In this document: positions 22,855-35,001 of the stretch, in pieces
How the letters are laid out: each line of letters begins with the position of its first letter
Position numbering within the stretch: the stretch's first letter is position 1
Assembly (NCBI RefSeq): GCF_026571515.1
Contig: NW_026852214.1
Location: forward strand, 62,001 to 126,000
From: Ruditapes philippinarum
Lineage: Eukaryota
DNA: 64,000 nt
Direction of reading: 5' to 3'
Notes under the pieces: generated by a model
Seen by the model: only the letters and a program-made list of their open reading frames with translations
Told to the model about the DNA's origin: nothing
Database searches by the model: none
Made by a program: the position numbers and the translations under genes

Positions 22855-23102
22855 TATAATGAGGAAAGAATGAAGTTGTTTATTATTGTGACATGTACAT
22901 AGCCAATAACAAATAATGAGCATATGTGTGTATGATTATAGTACACGGCCCATTGGGCCTATAACTCACCAATTTACTGTGTCACAGACACCCCTCACAC
23001 ACCACCACATTCATATACATTTTTGCGCATCTTTCAGTAATATATTTTTATTACAGAAAACCATTGACATTTACAAAAGATTTTGATTTTTTTATATTTC
23101 AG

Positions 23103-23337
23103 GACATTAGAAGTTTTTGTAAGATACAGCTTTCTAACCAAGCCAATAACGAAAGGGCCATTTTTGGCCCAAGCAAGAGAGGCTACCTCAAAAGGAACTA
23201 TAGGAGGAGCTGAACTGCACTTTGCACACTATAACTTCTTTAAGAATTATGGAGACACTATGAAAGATACACCATGGCTTCTGAAAGACTTGAGCTATTT
23301 TCCTGCAAGTCAAAGATTTTCAGTTACTTCTAGATAA
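23103..23337 (+). CDS. MAIP1: MAIP1-like paralog B, exon 2 of 2 (spliced product 270 aa)
   Basis: TTTTTTATATTTCAG acceptor (AG 23101-02), phase matches. TLEVFVRYSFLTK...HYNFFKNYGDTMKDTPWLL..LSYF aligns with paralog A exon 2. TAA stop. Confidence 0.72.
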
Positions 23338-23604
23338 TAGTTTCGTTTTTGAAACAATGATTTGCAGTGGTCCTGAATATTGTTCCAAGTTCTTTGTACA
23401 GTTAATGGCTGGAACAAATTTGTGTATTTTTTGCTCATTTGAGCAATAGAAGACTGACAGTATTTTTATCCACCTTTTAAATTATACAGGTGAGCGATAT
23501 TGACCCTTTTGGGTCTCTTGTGAGATATAAGAAAGAATACACTTAACTTTTTGTTTCTCCTTCTGTATTGATAGAATATATTAAATGCTTTGTATATATA
23601 AGTT

Positions 23605-23610
23605 AATAAA
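23605..23610 (+). terminator. Candidate polyadenylation signal of paralog B
   Basis: Overlapping AATAAATAAA ~270 nt after the stop, followed by TG/T-rich sequence. Confidence 0.4.
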
Positions 23611-23784
23611 TAAAAACTGTAGAATATGTTGCACTTTTAATTCAGTTGCTGACATTTGCTGAGCAGTAGGATTTTGGGGTTAGGTTATGTCCTTCTGTAG
23701 TAAATCTTTCAAAAACTATCTCCTCTCAAATCACATAGTAGATTTTAACCGAACTTCATGGGAACAATCCTTTGTATATGCCTG

Positions 23785-24485
23785 AAAGAATTTGCAGTAT
23801 ATTGAAAGTTATGCACCTATCTGTCTGTCTGTCCGGAAAGAATTTCGGCGTATATTGTACATTATGCACCTAGTTGTCTGTCTGTCCGTCTGTCTGTCTT
23901 TTAGCAGGTTTTCTTGTCCGGTCTGTATTTTTTGAACCGGTGAAAGGAAATTGAAACTGCCTCGTGGAAATGGTACCCATAATGAGACGCTGTGCTGAGC
24001 GCATGTTTGACCTTTCTAAGGTCAAGGTCACACGTAGTCATTTTGTTTCAGTATCAGATTTTGTGTCTGCTCTGTATCTTTTGAACCAATAGCAAGAAAT
24101 AAAAATAATTGGCAGTAATTTTACTTCTGTAAATAAGGTGCGCAGAACACAAGTTCGGACTTCCTACAACCAAAGTTGGCCCCGCCCCGGGGATTAATTG
24201 ATTTATATACTGGTAGACTTATATAGGAGTTTTCTTGTTCAGTCTGTATTTTTTTGAATCCGTGGAAGGAAACTGAAACTACTTGGCAGAAATGTTAACC
24301 ATAATTAGACGATGTGCAGAGGGCAGGTTTGACCTTTCTCAGGTCAAGGTCACACTTAGTCATTTTGTATCAATTTCCAAGTTTTGTGTCTGCTCTGTTG
24401 ATAAGAAATTAAAACTTTTTGGCAGGAATATTACTTATATTAAGACGATGTGCAGAACACAAGTTCGGACTTCCAAAGATCAAAA
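23785..24485 (-). mobile_element. Degraded HINE-like element with two ~320-bp internal repeats
   Basis: (CTGT/CCGT)n microsatellite, then duplicated TTTCTTGT.C.GTCTGTATTTTTTGAA...GGTCAAGGTCACAC.TAGTCATTTTG...CAGAACACAAGTTCGGACTTCC. Confidence 0.55.
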
Positions 24486-24499
24486 TTGGCATAAGCAGG

Positions 24500-24625
24500 G
24501 ACACGAGGATTCTTTCATGTCAGGAAGCCATCCAGCTACCTCACGGAACGTCGGTCGGTAGTTCTACTCAGGTCCCCGTCCGTGCCTGAAATAATGCATG
24601 GAACGCCATCTTGCCTCTTCCCACA
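24500..24625 (+). mobile_element. SINE body fragment (mollusc V-SINE-like, tentative)
   Basis: GGAAGCCATCCAGCTA...ACGGAACGTCGGT.GGT.GTTCTACTCAGGT.CCCG..CGTGCCTGAAATAATGCA. Related fragments lie at ~30865-31026 (-) and ~45590-45650 (-). Confidence 0.55.
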
Positions 24626-25244
24626 GGAGGGGTTAAAATTGGCCCCTGGGTTTTCTTATAATGAAAATCATAAAAGGTATTAAAGCATCTCTGAAATTAC
24701 AAAGGCGAGCTTAGATACATGTATTTGGTATTATCTGTTTGACCAAGGTTGGCCAAATTATAGCCCTTGTCCTCGTCCAGATTTCATGGCTTTTCCTTAT
24801 ACAGTTATGTAAACAAATGAAAAAAAAAATCACGATGTACTAGTATTTGGCTTGAAAAAGTGTCATGTACAAAGTTTATTATATTTATAGCATTTGAGTC
24901 ATATTTGCCCTCGCTCCAGTGGACATAGATTTTTCGTTTTGTAATACATGACGTATAGTAAACTCCCCTGAATCCACAAAGGCTTAAGCTTAGATATTAA
25001 GCATAAAGCATTGGCTAGTAGACATTACCAGATCTGTTCATATTGTAATATTTAGGTCAAAATCGGCCTGTTTTTCCATTCATGTATGTAGTAAAAACTT
25101 TAAAAGACTTTAAAAGAACAATCTTCTCTGAACTCGCAAATGCTAGATCTTAATTATTTGGCATGAAACACTACCTTATATCTAGAAAGATGCAACCATG
25201 TTTGTTTATATCCCGATTAGCAGCTTGGGACAGCAATAGCATCG

Positions 25245-25390
25245 GTGAGTTCCATTAACAACCTTTGACTTTCCTTAGCAACCTGTGATTTCCGTAGCAA
25301 CCATTGACTTTCGTTGGTAAACATATTGACTTCTTGAGAAACCATTGACTTCCCTTAGCAACCTATGACCTTCATAGCAACTTTCCATTA
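25245..25390 (-). repeat. Reverse-complement copy of the 19-20 bp minisatellite at 9836-10305
   Basis: TTCC.TAGCAACCATTGACT units. Confidence 0.8.
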
Positions 25391-26250
25391 GATCTACAAT
25401 CGGGGACTAATCAACCATGATCATTATAAAAAAACAATGATAAATGCAAATATTATAAACATATTGAAATCAAAAAGACTGGCTACAAATTGTTAGATCA
25501 TTTCCCGCATCATTCTTTCTAGCATTATACAAATGTGAAAAAGACTTGTACTAGTATATAGATATTTTATTAAAGGGGGACAAGAGTGTTGCCTCTTATA
25601 TTCAAAGATTTAGTCAAAGTTATTCCTCTTTACATGATAAAGATTGGTTTATACTGCATGACTTATCTCCCTTCGCTAATAAACTACTTTCTTAAAATGT
25701 ACAACAGACCCACCCAAGTTACAAGTGTTTGTTTACTGATAAAAGAAGATGCCAAGTGAATACACACATTTCAGTTTTGACAAGCGATTTATATCTTATG
25801 CTTTATATAGTAAACATCCTATCTATTCATGGTTGGTGCTGTGAAATAACCTTGCCAGAGTAAACTATACGTACATAGTCAAAATATGGATCGCCACGTG
25901 CATAAAGACTGCGGTGGAAAGAATACAAACTGTTGCTACATGTATATATATATATTTTTTTTAATTAGTTTTATTTGATTGTTCTCACATGCATATTATG
26001 TATGCTTGAAATGTGCAAGGAGAGGCATTGGAAGTTTTTTTTTCTCCACTAGTAAAACTCAAAAGTCACCATACGCTCCTTACATTGTACATGTGATTAA
26101 ATAACCTGAACTAAATTTTATACATTCCACTGGTCCTGCTTGTATTTAATGTAAATATTATATATTTATTTATTTCCTCCAATTGCGTCACCTGCATTGA
26201 ATCAATTGCAGGACAGGGCCCATCGAATTAAAAGACCACGTGAATGTTGC

Positions 26251-27153
26251 GGTATCCGGACAATTCCCCTCCCGGACGATTCCCCTCCCAGTAAATTTGA
26301 ATGTTTTTTCACAACCCGGACATTTCCCCTCCCGTTATTTTTCTACGGCGGACAATTCCCCTCCCGTTCTTTTATCAACCCGGACAATTCCCCTTCCGTT
26401 CTTTTAACAACCCGGACAATTCCCCTCCCGCTGTTGTCAGAGCGGACAATTTCCCTCCTGTGGCTATTGAATATATATATTATATAATATTGTTTATTTG
26501 AAAGGTATATACATTTTTGCAGCGGCAAAACAATAAAAGAACAATTGATAAGAACAAAAAAAAAACAATTAAGCTGTAGATTCTTGCAAAGAATATATTA
26601 TGCACATGTTATAGTAAATTGGACTGTCATCTTAGAAAATCATATTCACCATATTGAATCAGTACATGAAGTCCTAACACAAAATATCAGTGATCATTTT
26701 GATTTTATATATGATTGAACACATTTGTAGGAATATTCTCCTTCATTTTTAATTGGTTTTGCAATCAAGGACACATTTAACTAAGGGCGGCAATGCTTAA
26801 AGATTTTTTATTGACAGTTTGTTTATCTTAAGCAGCGGCGGCAATGATTAAAGGCGGTATAATGTCACTTCTGTGAAATAATGATTGTTAAAAGTTCCGA
26901 TCTTTAACAGTTTATTGTTAAGAGTAAAAACTGTCATCTTTAATAAGAATGGTTATAGTTTTTTGTATACGGAATGTGAAAAAACGGGAGGGGAATTGTC
27001 CGCTCTGCTAAAAAATGGGAGGGGAATTGTCCGCTCTGCTAAATTAACGGGAGGGGAAAAGTCCGCCCTATTAAAATAACGGGAGGGGAAATGTCCGAGT
27101 TGTGAAAATAATATGGAAGGGGAATCGTCCGGGAGGGGGATTGTCCGGGATTC
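26251..27153. mobile_element. Mutator (MULE)-like MITE
   Basis: Perfect 9-bp TSD GAATGTTGC (26242-50 / 27154-62); multiple CGGACAATTCCCCTCCCG / CGGGAGGGGAATTGTCCG subterminal repeats at each end; AT-rich non-coding core. Confidence 0.9.
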
Positions 27154-30100
27154 GAATGTTGCTCCTATGATTGAGTACCTATATTAGTTAAATATTTTGA
27201 CGTGTATATATCCTAACTGAAGAAAATGACTGTGTTTTCACATTTCACGAGTAGTACTGAGCATGAAACTGTTATCAATGACTTGAGCGATCTGTAAGAT
27301 ATTTGATTAAAACTTGCAACGTAAATTATGTCAATTACACATGTATAATAATTAATAACCGGCCCAAATATATGAGGTATTGTAGAGTTAGGGCCCTTAA
27401 ACGACTTGGATCCTTAAGTTAACTAAAAATTTAATGCAGTAACATAGGCCTGCATTTGCCTGAAACGAATATAAACGGAACATTCATGGTACACGATATT
27501 TCGGCCAAAGTCGATGCTCCAGTATTTGAGGACGTGAGTAAACTAGGGGACTTACTCGATGATATGTAAATAGTCTGAAATACGGACGACTTATATTACA
27601 GAGCTCAGTCCGAGAATGAATACGTTACTGGTGCCGAGCACATCAGTTTTGGCCCTGTACCTGCTAAATTTGCTGTACCTGCTAAATTTGTAAATGGCTT
27701 AGCCCTGCTGTGAATCTATAGAGAACAGCCCATTCAAACTATAACAGACTGAACTCGCGGTATGCTAGTGACACAGCCTTACCACATCCGGTTCCAGCGG
27801 TTTAAGGATTTTTAAAAATATCATACGGCAAAGTTTGTACAAGTAATATGAGTTCATGTACAACATCTATCTTATGTTCGATGAATAGCAATATCGGTTT
27901 GGTCTCAATTAAAAGGAACCTTACTTTGAGTGTGTTCAATACACAAATTGCGGTCTCTGTCGCATAGGTCGCCTGGTATTCCATACGGAACGGCCAAGAC
28001 ACCAAACACCTCCACCCTGATCACCCATATTCTACCGAAGTAATACAAAAAGGCCGCAAAATGGCGATTGATCTTACGCATTATCTTCAAAATATTATGA
28101 CACAAATTATACTTTGACTTAACCTGTTAACAATCTGACAGTAGAATTCTACATTGTTACAGTAACTTGCATGGCTAGTTACGGTCACGTTTTGCAACTT
28201 AAATAAACTGACATTTTAAGTCACAAGGCAACCACGAGCAATGTTGAACTGAATAAATTTATGTAGTGATTCTTTTCAATACATATCTTTTATTTTTATA
28301 TCCGAAAAAAGTGTATTAAATTCTACGACAAATATTTTCCCGCCAAAAAGTATAATTATACATGTATATAATTATAATACATTTTGAAATTATATTTAAG
28401 AAAAGCTATATATTTTCGCCGGGAGGAAGGCAACCTACTAAGGCCAGAGTAATGTTAATTAACCATAGGTTGAGAACAACATTGTCATAGCGTGGTCCAT
28501 TTGGATGAACAATTTACAGCAATTTTGTTTTAAGCCCGCGAAATGGTTGGTACGTTGGTCTGAAATCTTTTCCCATTTGTACTGATTATAAAAATGATAA
28601 AATACGCCGATGTCAGCGTACATCATTTCCCGAGGCTGCCAAATTATTAACAACTTGAGAATTATGAATGTGAAACAAGATACAAGCTTTGTATATTGCA
28701 TGTAGTCCATTTAAGTAGTTCCAATCGGGTGTAAAATCAATTAATCTTGTGAAAAGTACATTGAATTTCACAAATCATTATATATACATCATGACAAAAA
28801 GGATGAGAACCTTGTCGCCACTCTAATAGAGGACAGAATTTTTTTACTGTACCCCAGCTTGTAGGTATGAGATAGGTCAATACACAATATAACTTTCAAT
28901 TTCTTATTTTTGTTCGTTATATGTGGCCACAGAGCTATGTTAAAATTATGTGATATAAGTCTCTGTTGTAACATTGGAGGGTAAGAATTTCAGAACAAAA
29001 ATTAGAATTTTACTAGTAAATATTAATAAACCGGTTCTTTAAAACATGTCACTTTAATATTTGCATTGGCCGATTTTTAAACTTGTAAAAATGAAACAAT
29101 ATAAAAGAGGTAATTAAGGACCATGGAAAATAATTCAGGGAACTGTCTTTATATAACATTTATAATTTAAATTCTAATACAAATTATTAAATGACATGCG
29201 CAACCCCATGCTCAAGGGCCGTGATAGTGTTGTTAGAACTTCGGTCTGTCATTTGTGTGTACACTTACTTGATGTGGATTGTGAAATAATATATTTTGTG
29301 TACCCAAATACAATAAAATGTAATTAAAATTAAAGTTTCAATCATAGAATTACCTTTATAAATGGAGAACGAAAACTTATTCAAATATAAAGTTTCGCAA
29401 TATGCTTAAATCTGCAATGATTGACTGCTTTAGTCATGTAATAACTGGCATATAGTCATGTAAAGAAGATCATATTGACCCATGTAAAGCAACTAAGGGC
29501 GATAATTATATGTACTCATGTAACAACGGACATTTAGCCATGTAAAGGCGATCATATATAGCTATTTAAGGACTGGCAATATGTCATGAACAGAAGGTAA
29601 TTCAGTCTTACTGGACGTAGCAAGCTCAAACCTGTGAATGATAAGCCCGTGATCATTTGGGGAAGGTGTTATTTGTTTTAATTATTTAATGGGGAAAGCA
29701 CAAGCTTTTTGTGTCTGGAAGTAATTGTAATCTATAAAACATTCTATTTCTCTGGCTGTGTTCACATAATTGTCCTCAGTTTGCAAGTAATATCAACTTA
29801 CTAACACTTTTGTTTATCCTTTTGTAAACCGCCGTAACCACCCATCAAACCTGCAGTTCCGTCCAGTCTGACTATATGCTCTGTACCGACGATTGACTTA
29901 CTTTAAAATTGATATACCCAAATTGAATGAATTGATAAAGGGCAATTTAGAAAATGGAAGCTGGACAAGTGCATTTATAAAAATCAGCAAATCAAGATTT
30001 ACATGCCGTAAATTTATGTTTTAAAACGTAACATATGAATAAATACAATGTTAATTTGATCGAGGATATACATGTTTATAGAATGAAAATTTTTAGTCGA

Positions 30101-30255
30101 GCGGATCGCTGTGGACATGTAACTTATAAAGGGTAGATAAATTTTTTATCAAGCAAAACTGCATGAATGGCAAGTGTACACCGAGAACATCTCTAAAGCA
30201 TTGCCAGTACGGGTTCTATCGCATATCACCATGCATGCCCCCAAAGATGTATTTC

Positions 30256-30360
30256 GGCGGCGTGACCGAGTGATTAACGCGTCGGACTAGTAATCTAAGG
30301 ATTGCTGACCGCATGGGTTCAAACCCAGTCAGGAGCAAGCCATTGTTTCCATACTGGTTG
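30256..30360 (+). mobile_element. tRNA(Ser)-derived SINE head, internally deleted
   Basis: A-box-like TGACCGAGTGA and B-box GGTTCAAACC (30316-25); GGACTAGTAATCT resembles a tRNA-Ser anticodon arm; acceptor stem does not pair; homologous to 54404-54550. Confidence 0.7.
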
Positions 30361-30864
30361 TCTTTGCAATAAGCTCAGGTGTGTGCCATGTATATGGACG
30401 AATTACACATTTGACGTTGTACTTACCATGCATATTCATACATTAAAATATAGCTTACAAAAGATCGGTGGTTCTATACTATAATAATAACAATGAAATA
30501 TACATAATGTTGAATGGATTTAAAATACATCCTGCAAGTTAAACACGAATAATTTCTTTGTTTAACTGTATATGCACGCATTTGTGCTATACGCAAGGCT
30601 GCGAGAACAACAAGAAAGATCCAAATGATATACAATTGGTAATTGTTTCTATTTTTCTACTTTCATATTAAGATTTTCAACTAACTTAAGGTGCTAGTAC
30701 ATGTACATATAGTGGAAAATCAGTCTGTTCATCCATGACAAACTGCAAACTATTTAACTGCGCAAGGGATACAAATATCTTTATTAACTAGAGTCACAAA
30801 AACGCCCACTGTCCAATTATACTGATTAATTTAATACCTTAGGGCTGATCCGTGTTCATTTTTC

Positions 30865-31026
30865 AATCATAAGCGGCACCTGTGCAGAACCACCAACCTT
30901 CCATTTTTCTAGCATGCCTTCCATTTTCCTCGCATGAATTTTTCTAAATCCTTTGTGGGATGTGGACCTACAGTGGTGAGGGGGGTGGTCAATAAGCGAC
31001 TTTAACCACTAGTCAATTGAGGCCCT
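30865..31026 (-). mobile_element. Degraded tRNA-derived SINE (family of 24500-24625)
   Basis: Minus strand reads GGGCCTC...AGTGGTTAAAGTCGCT...CCCCTCACCACTGTAGG...GGAAGGTTGGTGGTTCTGCACAGGTGCCGC. Confidence 0.5.
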
Positions 31027-31184
31027 GACTTCAAGAACGAGATTGACATTTTTTTGTTGTCTACACAATCTTGAACTATAGAACAATATATTTTACAAAA
31101 CACCATGGAAAATGTTCAGTGCACACAGGCGTTGCAATATTAGGATAAAAATAACAATAAACATCGTCTTTACAGATTATAACA

Positions 31185-31425
31185 GAGCCGCGTCACGACA
31201 AAACCAACATACATGTAGTGTGTTTGCGACCAGCATGGATCCAGACCAGCCTGCGTGTCCGCGCAGTCTGATCAGGATCCATGCTGTTCGCTTACCAACT
31301 CAATTACAAGTAGGGAAACTGATAGCGAACAGCATGGATCCTGATCAGACTGCGCGGATGCGCAGGCTGGTCTGGATCCATGCTGGTCGCAAACCCATTA
31401 TGTTGGTTTTGTTGTGACGCGGCTC
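31185..31425. mobile_element. Foldback MITE, copy 1 of 5
   Basis: ~100-bp near-perfect inverted arms GAGCCGCGTCACGACAAAACCAACAT...TTTGCGACCAGCATGGATCCAGACCAGCCTGCGCATCCGCGCAGTCTGATCAGGATCCATGCTGTTCGCT around a ~30-bp loop. Confidence 0.92.
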
Positions 31426-34400
31426 AACATATTTTAATGCTCAGACCCATGTTTTCAAATACAACAAAGATGAAAAATGGTGTTTTAAAGAAATGAATGA
31501 AAGTTGTTAACATGCCTACTATACACCCTGCATCAAACAGATCAAAGAAAGGTGTTGTATTAACAACATATAAAACATGCTTACATACTTAGAACTTTCA
31601 GATGATTCATTTATATATATTCTATATTTAACAACTGAAGAAATGTTAAAAACATAACTATTCTGTTTTTATGAAGTTATAATGTTTTTGAAATATTTTT
31701 TTTTTTAAATTTCATACAAGATATAAAGTATATTTCCCGCTGTATATCATTTATCCTAAGCACTCAATGTTTTTATTGAACTACATAATATATTTGAGGA
31801 TTTGTCTTAAAATTTCATGATGAAAATCACATATCTGGCAATTCAAAATGTTTTTTTTTTTATTTCCATGTTTAACACATGACTGTTTGATCATCACAGA
31901 GATTTATATACAAGATCGACCTATGACAAATTTATCGAAATAGTTGATCTTATTCTCCTTTTTACCGTTTCACTTGTGATTTTTTTTTACTTAATTAACT
32001 GTAAATACTTTTTAAGTCATTTATCTACCTTTTTTCTGGCATTTTTGTTGCAAATTCAAAATAGTCAGGTAACCGGAAAAAGAAAGTCTTGGACAGTCAC
32101 GCACAACGTGAAGTCTCGATATTTAAAAATGGGATAGCGGAAATGTCAGGTGTCAAATGTATCTCTGTGATATTCACCACTGACATACAAGTCCATGTCC
32201 ATTCGAAAAAGAATTTTTTTTAAACTAATACAAATACGAATTCAATATGTAATTTATCCTAACTAGGAATTGACCCGTTGAAGTTTTTTTTAGGTAAGAT
32301 CATCACAAGAAGATATCGGGAGCATAATTAAAACATCCTTTATTGACTTCAATTAGAATCATAATTATACCGACAGTTCATGTTTTAAAATAACATTTCT
32401 TAGCTGTTGTCTTTGTTTCAATAATGTGAGACAACAAAAAAAACTACATTTTTTGCAATGTAAAATTTTTAGCACTTTCTTGTCATGTTAAATACATATC
32501 ACATTGAGCTTGAACAGTAGGCAAATATTTCATTGGTCAATCTCGAGAACTTGTTCTAGACTTGTTATTTTATTTCCTGTAGAAATGTTTAAAACATGAA
32601 TCAAGTTAATCACACAAAAAAGCGTCTGCAGAGGTTGGAAAGGGACTTTGCCCATATCTTAAGAAAGTCAAAGTTTTTTCAAAGCCACAGCTAATGGCTG
32701 ACCAAAATGAAAGTTTTAATCTTGGTATTTAACTGAAGTGAAATCAAACTTAAAAACAAATTTAAGAATTCAGCAGTCACATTTATTATTATTTTTTTTC
32801 ATAACCGGAAATAAATAATTTGATAAGATAAAGAGTCAATATTGCAGGAAAAAAAAGATTATCTTTTTTTAATAAGCAAAACATCTACTAGATGTCATTT
32901 AATATAAAGTAGTCAGGTATTAAATAAAGTATTAAAATGCAAGTACTAATGCAATACCTGTGAAAATTTAACATGAAGTCTATAAAAGTTCACACTCTTG
33001 CAAAAGAATGAACTTAAAATAAATAACAATGAGAAATAAAAATAAAAAGAACATTTAAGTATAAAAGTATGGTTTTATGTACAACAATGAATTCTTATAC
33101 AATAAAATAACAAAATATTTAACAAACATACTTTATGACCATAGTTGATTTTCATTATAAAAAGCTAAATGCAATGGTTTTGTTTATCTATAAACTATCA
33201 AATAACAGATATAATTTGACCAGATACTAATATATGTCATTTAAATGCATAATCTGACTAAAGTTCAAATCCCCTTATGTTTACATTTAGTACATGTAAA
33301 CATATGATCTGAAATTTAGTCAAATTGTTAAATGCATTGTTTTATTTCAATATCAACACAGGTGTGTCATAATTAATGTATATACAAACAAATGATTTCT
33401 TTTATGTATATATACAGTTGTATGTATATAATTATACATTGTATATATTAAAAACTAACAATCCAAAGTGTACTGTCTAACTATTTAAAATCAAGGAAAT
33501 ACTTTGAAATAATTATAGCAAGTTTCACAATTCTGTACATTTTATTTAATCATGAAACAAGAATGCTTCCAGTGCTCAGTTAAATTATACTCTTGCAACA
33601 TATGTACATGTATACAGTATTTCCCCAGTTGTTTTGGAGTTTTTTGGCACATGATTCATTTGCAAACTTTACAATAATCCTACTTAAAACTGACCATTCT
33701 ACTGTGCTGTCAATATGACAAATTAGTCGAAAATGCAAAAAAATACACATGACTTTGAATACTAACAAGGCCTTTAAGTGTTATTCGTAAAATGAGAAAA
33801 ATGTGACAAAAGCGACAGAAGGTCCACTTTTGCTTTCATCAATACAATACACCAAAGAACTTGAAAACAATACTGGCTTCAATAATAAAATTCCTAATTT
33901 CTCAACAATATTTTATAATTAGCCGAATAATTGCATACAAAAATGCGCGAGGAATAAAAAAAACAGTGAAGCCGGTCACTGATTCATAATCTTTGTACAC
34001 CATACTTATTTCTCATTTCCTTACAATGCTGGCAATTACCGGTATAATAAACATACTCATTTACAATACAAAGTGTGACAGGTTGAATAATTAGTCCAAT
34101 TAAATCAGTACTTGTTTAGGTAATTAGTCATCAGCAAGAAAACAAGTGGATTTTTGTCTCTAATTTAAATTGTTGACTCGCTTATTGACAAGATAGAATT
34201 AGCAAGCACATTGCATTAACATTATTATATACATGACTGTCGAAAACTTTTCACTTATTTTCCTTTTTTGGGTTGATGCGTTTTAAGTAATACCTTTAAA
34301 GTTCCCTGTTTAATATAGTGCCTAATACGGAAACCAGCATGCACTTTCCTGTCAGACAGAGACACTTGAGTAGGTTTTGAACTGTTAAAAATACAAATGG

Positions 34401-34666
34401 TAAGCAACACTAGTCTTATATTTATGTCTATATTAGACAATTTGTTCTCAAATATTTGTAACAACTCGGCAATTCACCATATGCTATGTGAAGGGGACAT
34501 TAGATCTTGTATCTATAAAAGGTTCCCCCACACATTATAAGTACATTATAACTGAAGGTAACATCCCTTCGCCACTATGCCAGCCAATATAATTAGTGAA
34601 ATTTGACCACTTCCTTATATTTGGCTACTTACAGTTTAAAGCACAGATCAAAATGCTTCACTGTTA

Positions 34667-35001
34667 AGCAGCACGCCTCCAGATTCATGCTAATTTTCAT
34701 GAAAATTTTGAAAATGTATTTAAAAGTAAAATATTGTGAAGTGAACAAAGAAAGTAATTTACACATTGCAAACAACACTTACAATCCACATAAATTACCA
34801 AAAAAAAGGTGAAAATATACATAAATACCTCTTCCGGCATTAGTAACACAGTAGAATTATAGCTATTGATACTGCAAAATCAGACATTAATCGCACAAAT
34901 AAATTAAATATTGAATCTTTTTACTTTTCTTAAGATCTTAACACATTTTTCCAAAGATTGAATTTCTTGAAATATTTTGGCTCATTTGGAGATGTGCAGC
35001 T
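34667..35001. mobile_element. TTAA-flanked Kolobok-like MITE (inverse of 52865-53227)
   Basis: AGCAGCACGCCTCCAGATTCATGCTAATTTTCATG...TTTTGGCTCATTTGGAGATGTGCAGCT-TTAA. Confidence 0.7.

Noticed and set aside
26197-27079. Pro-rich ORFs (RTIPLP repeats)
   Set aside because: Translations of the subterminal repeats of the MULE-like MITE.
30256-30337. Functional tRNA gene (Ser-like body, AGT at the anticodon position)
   Set aside because: Acceptor and anticodon stems do not pair properly, and the sequence continues into SINE body shared with 54404-54550.
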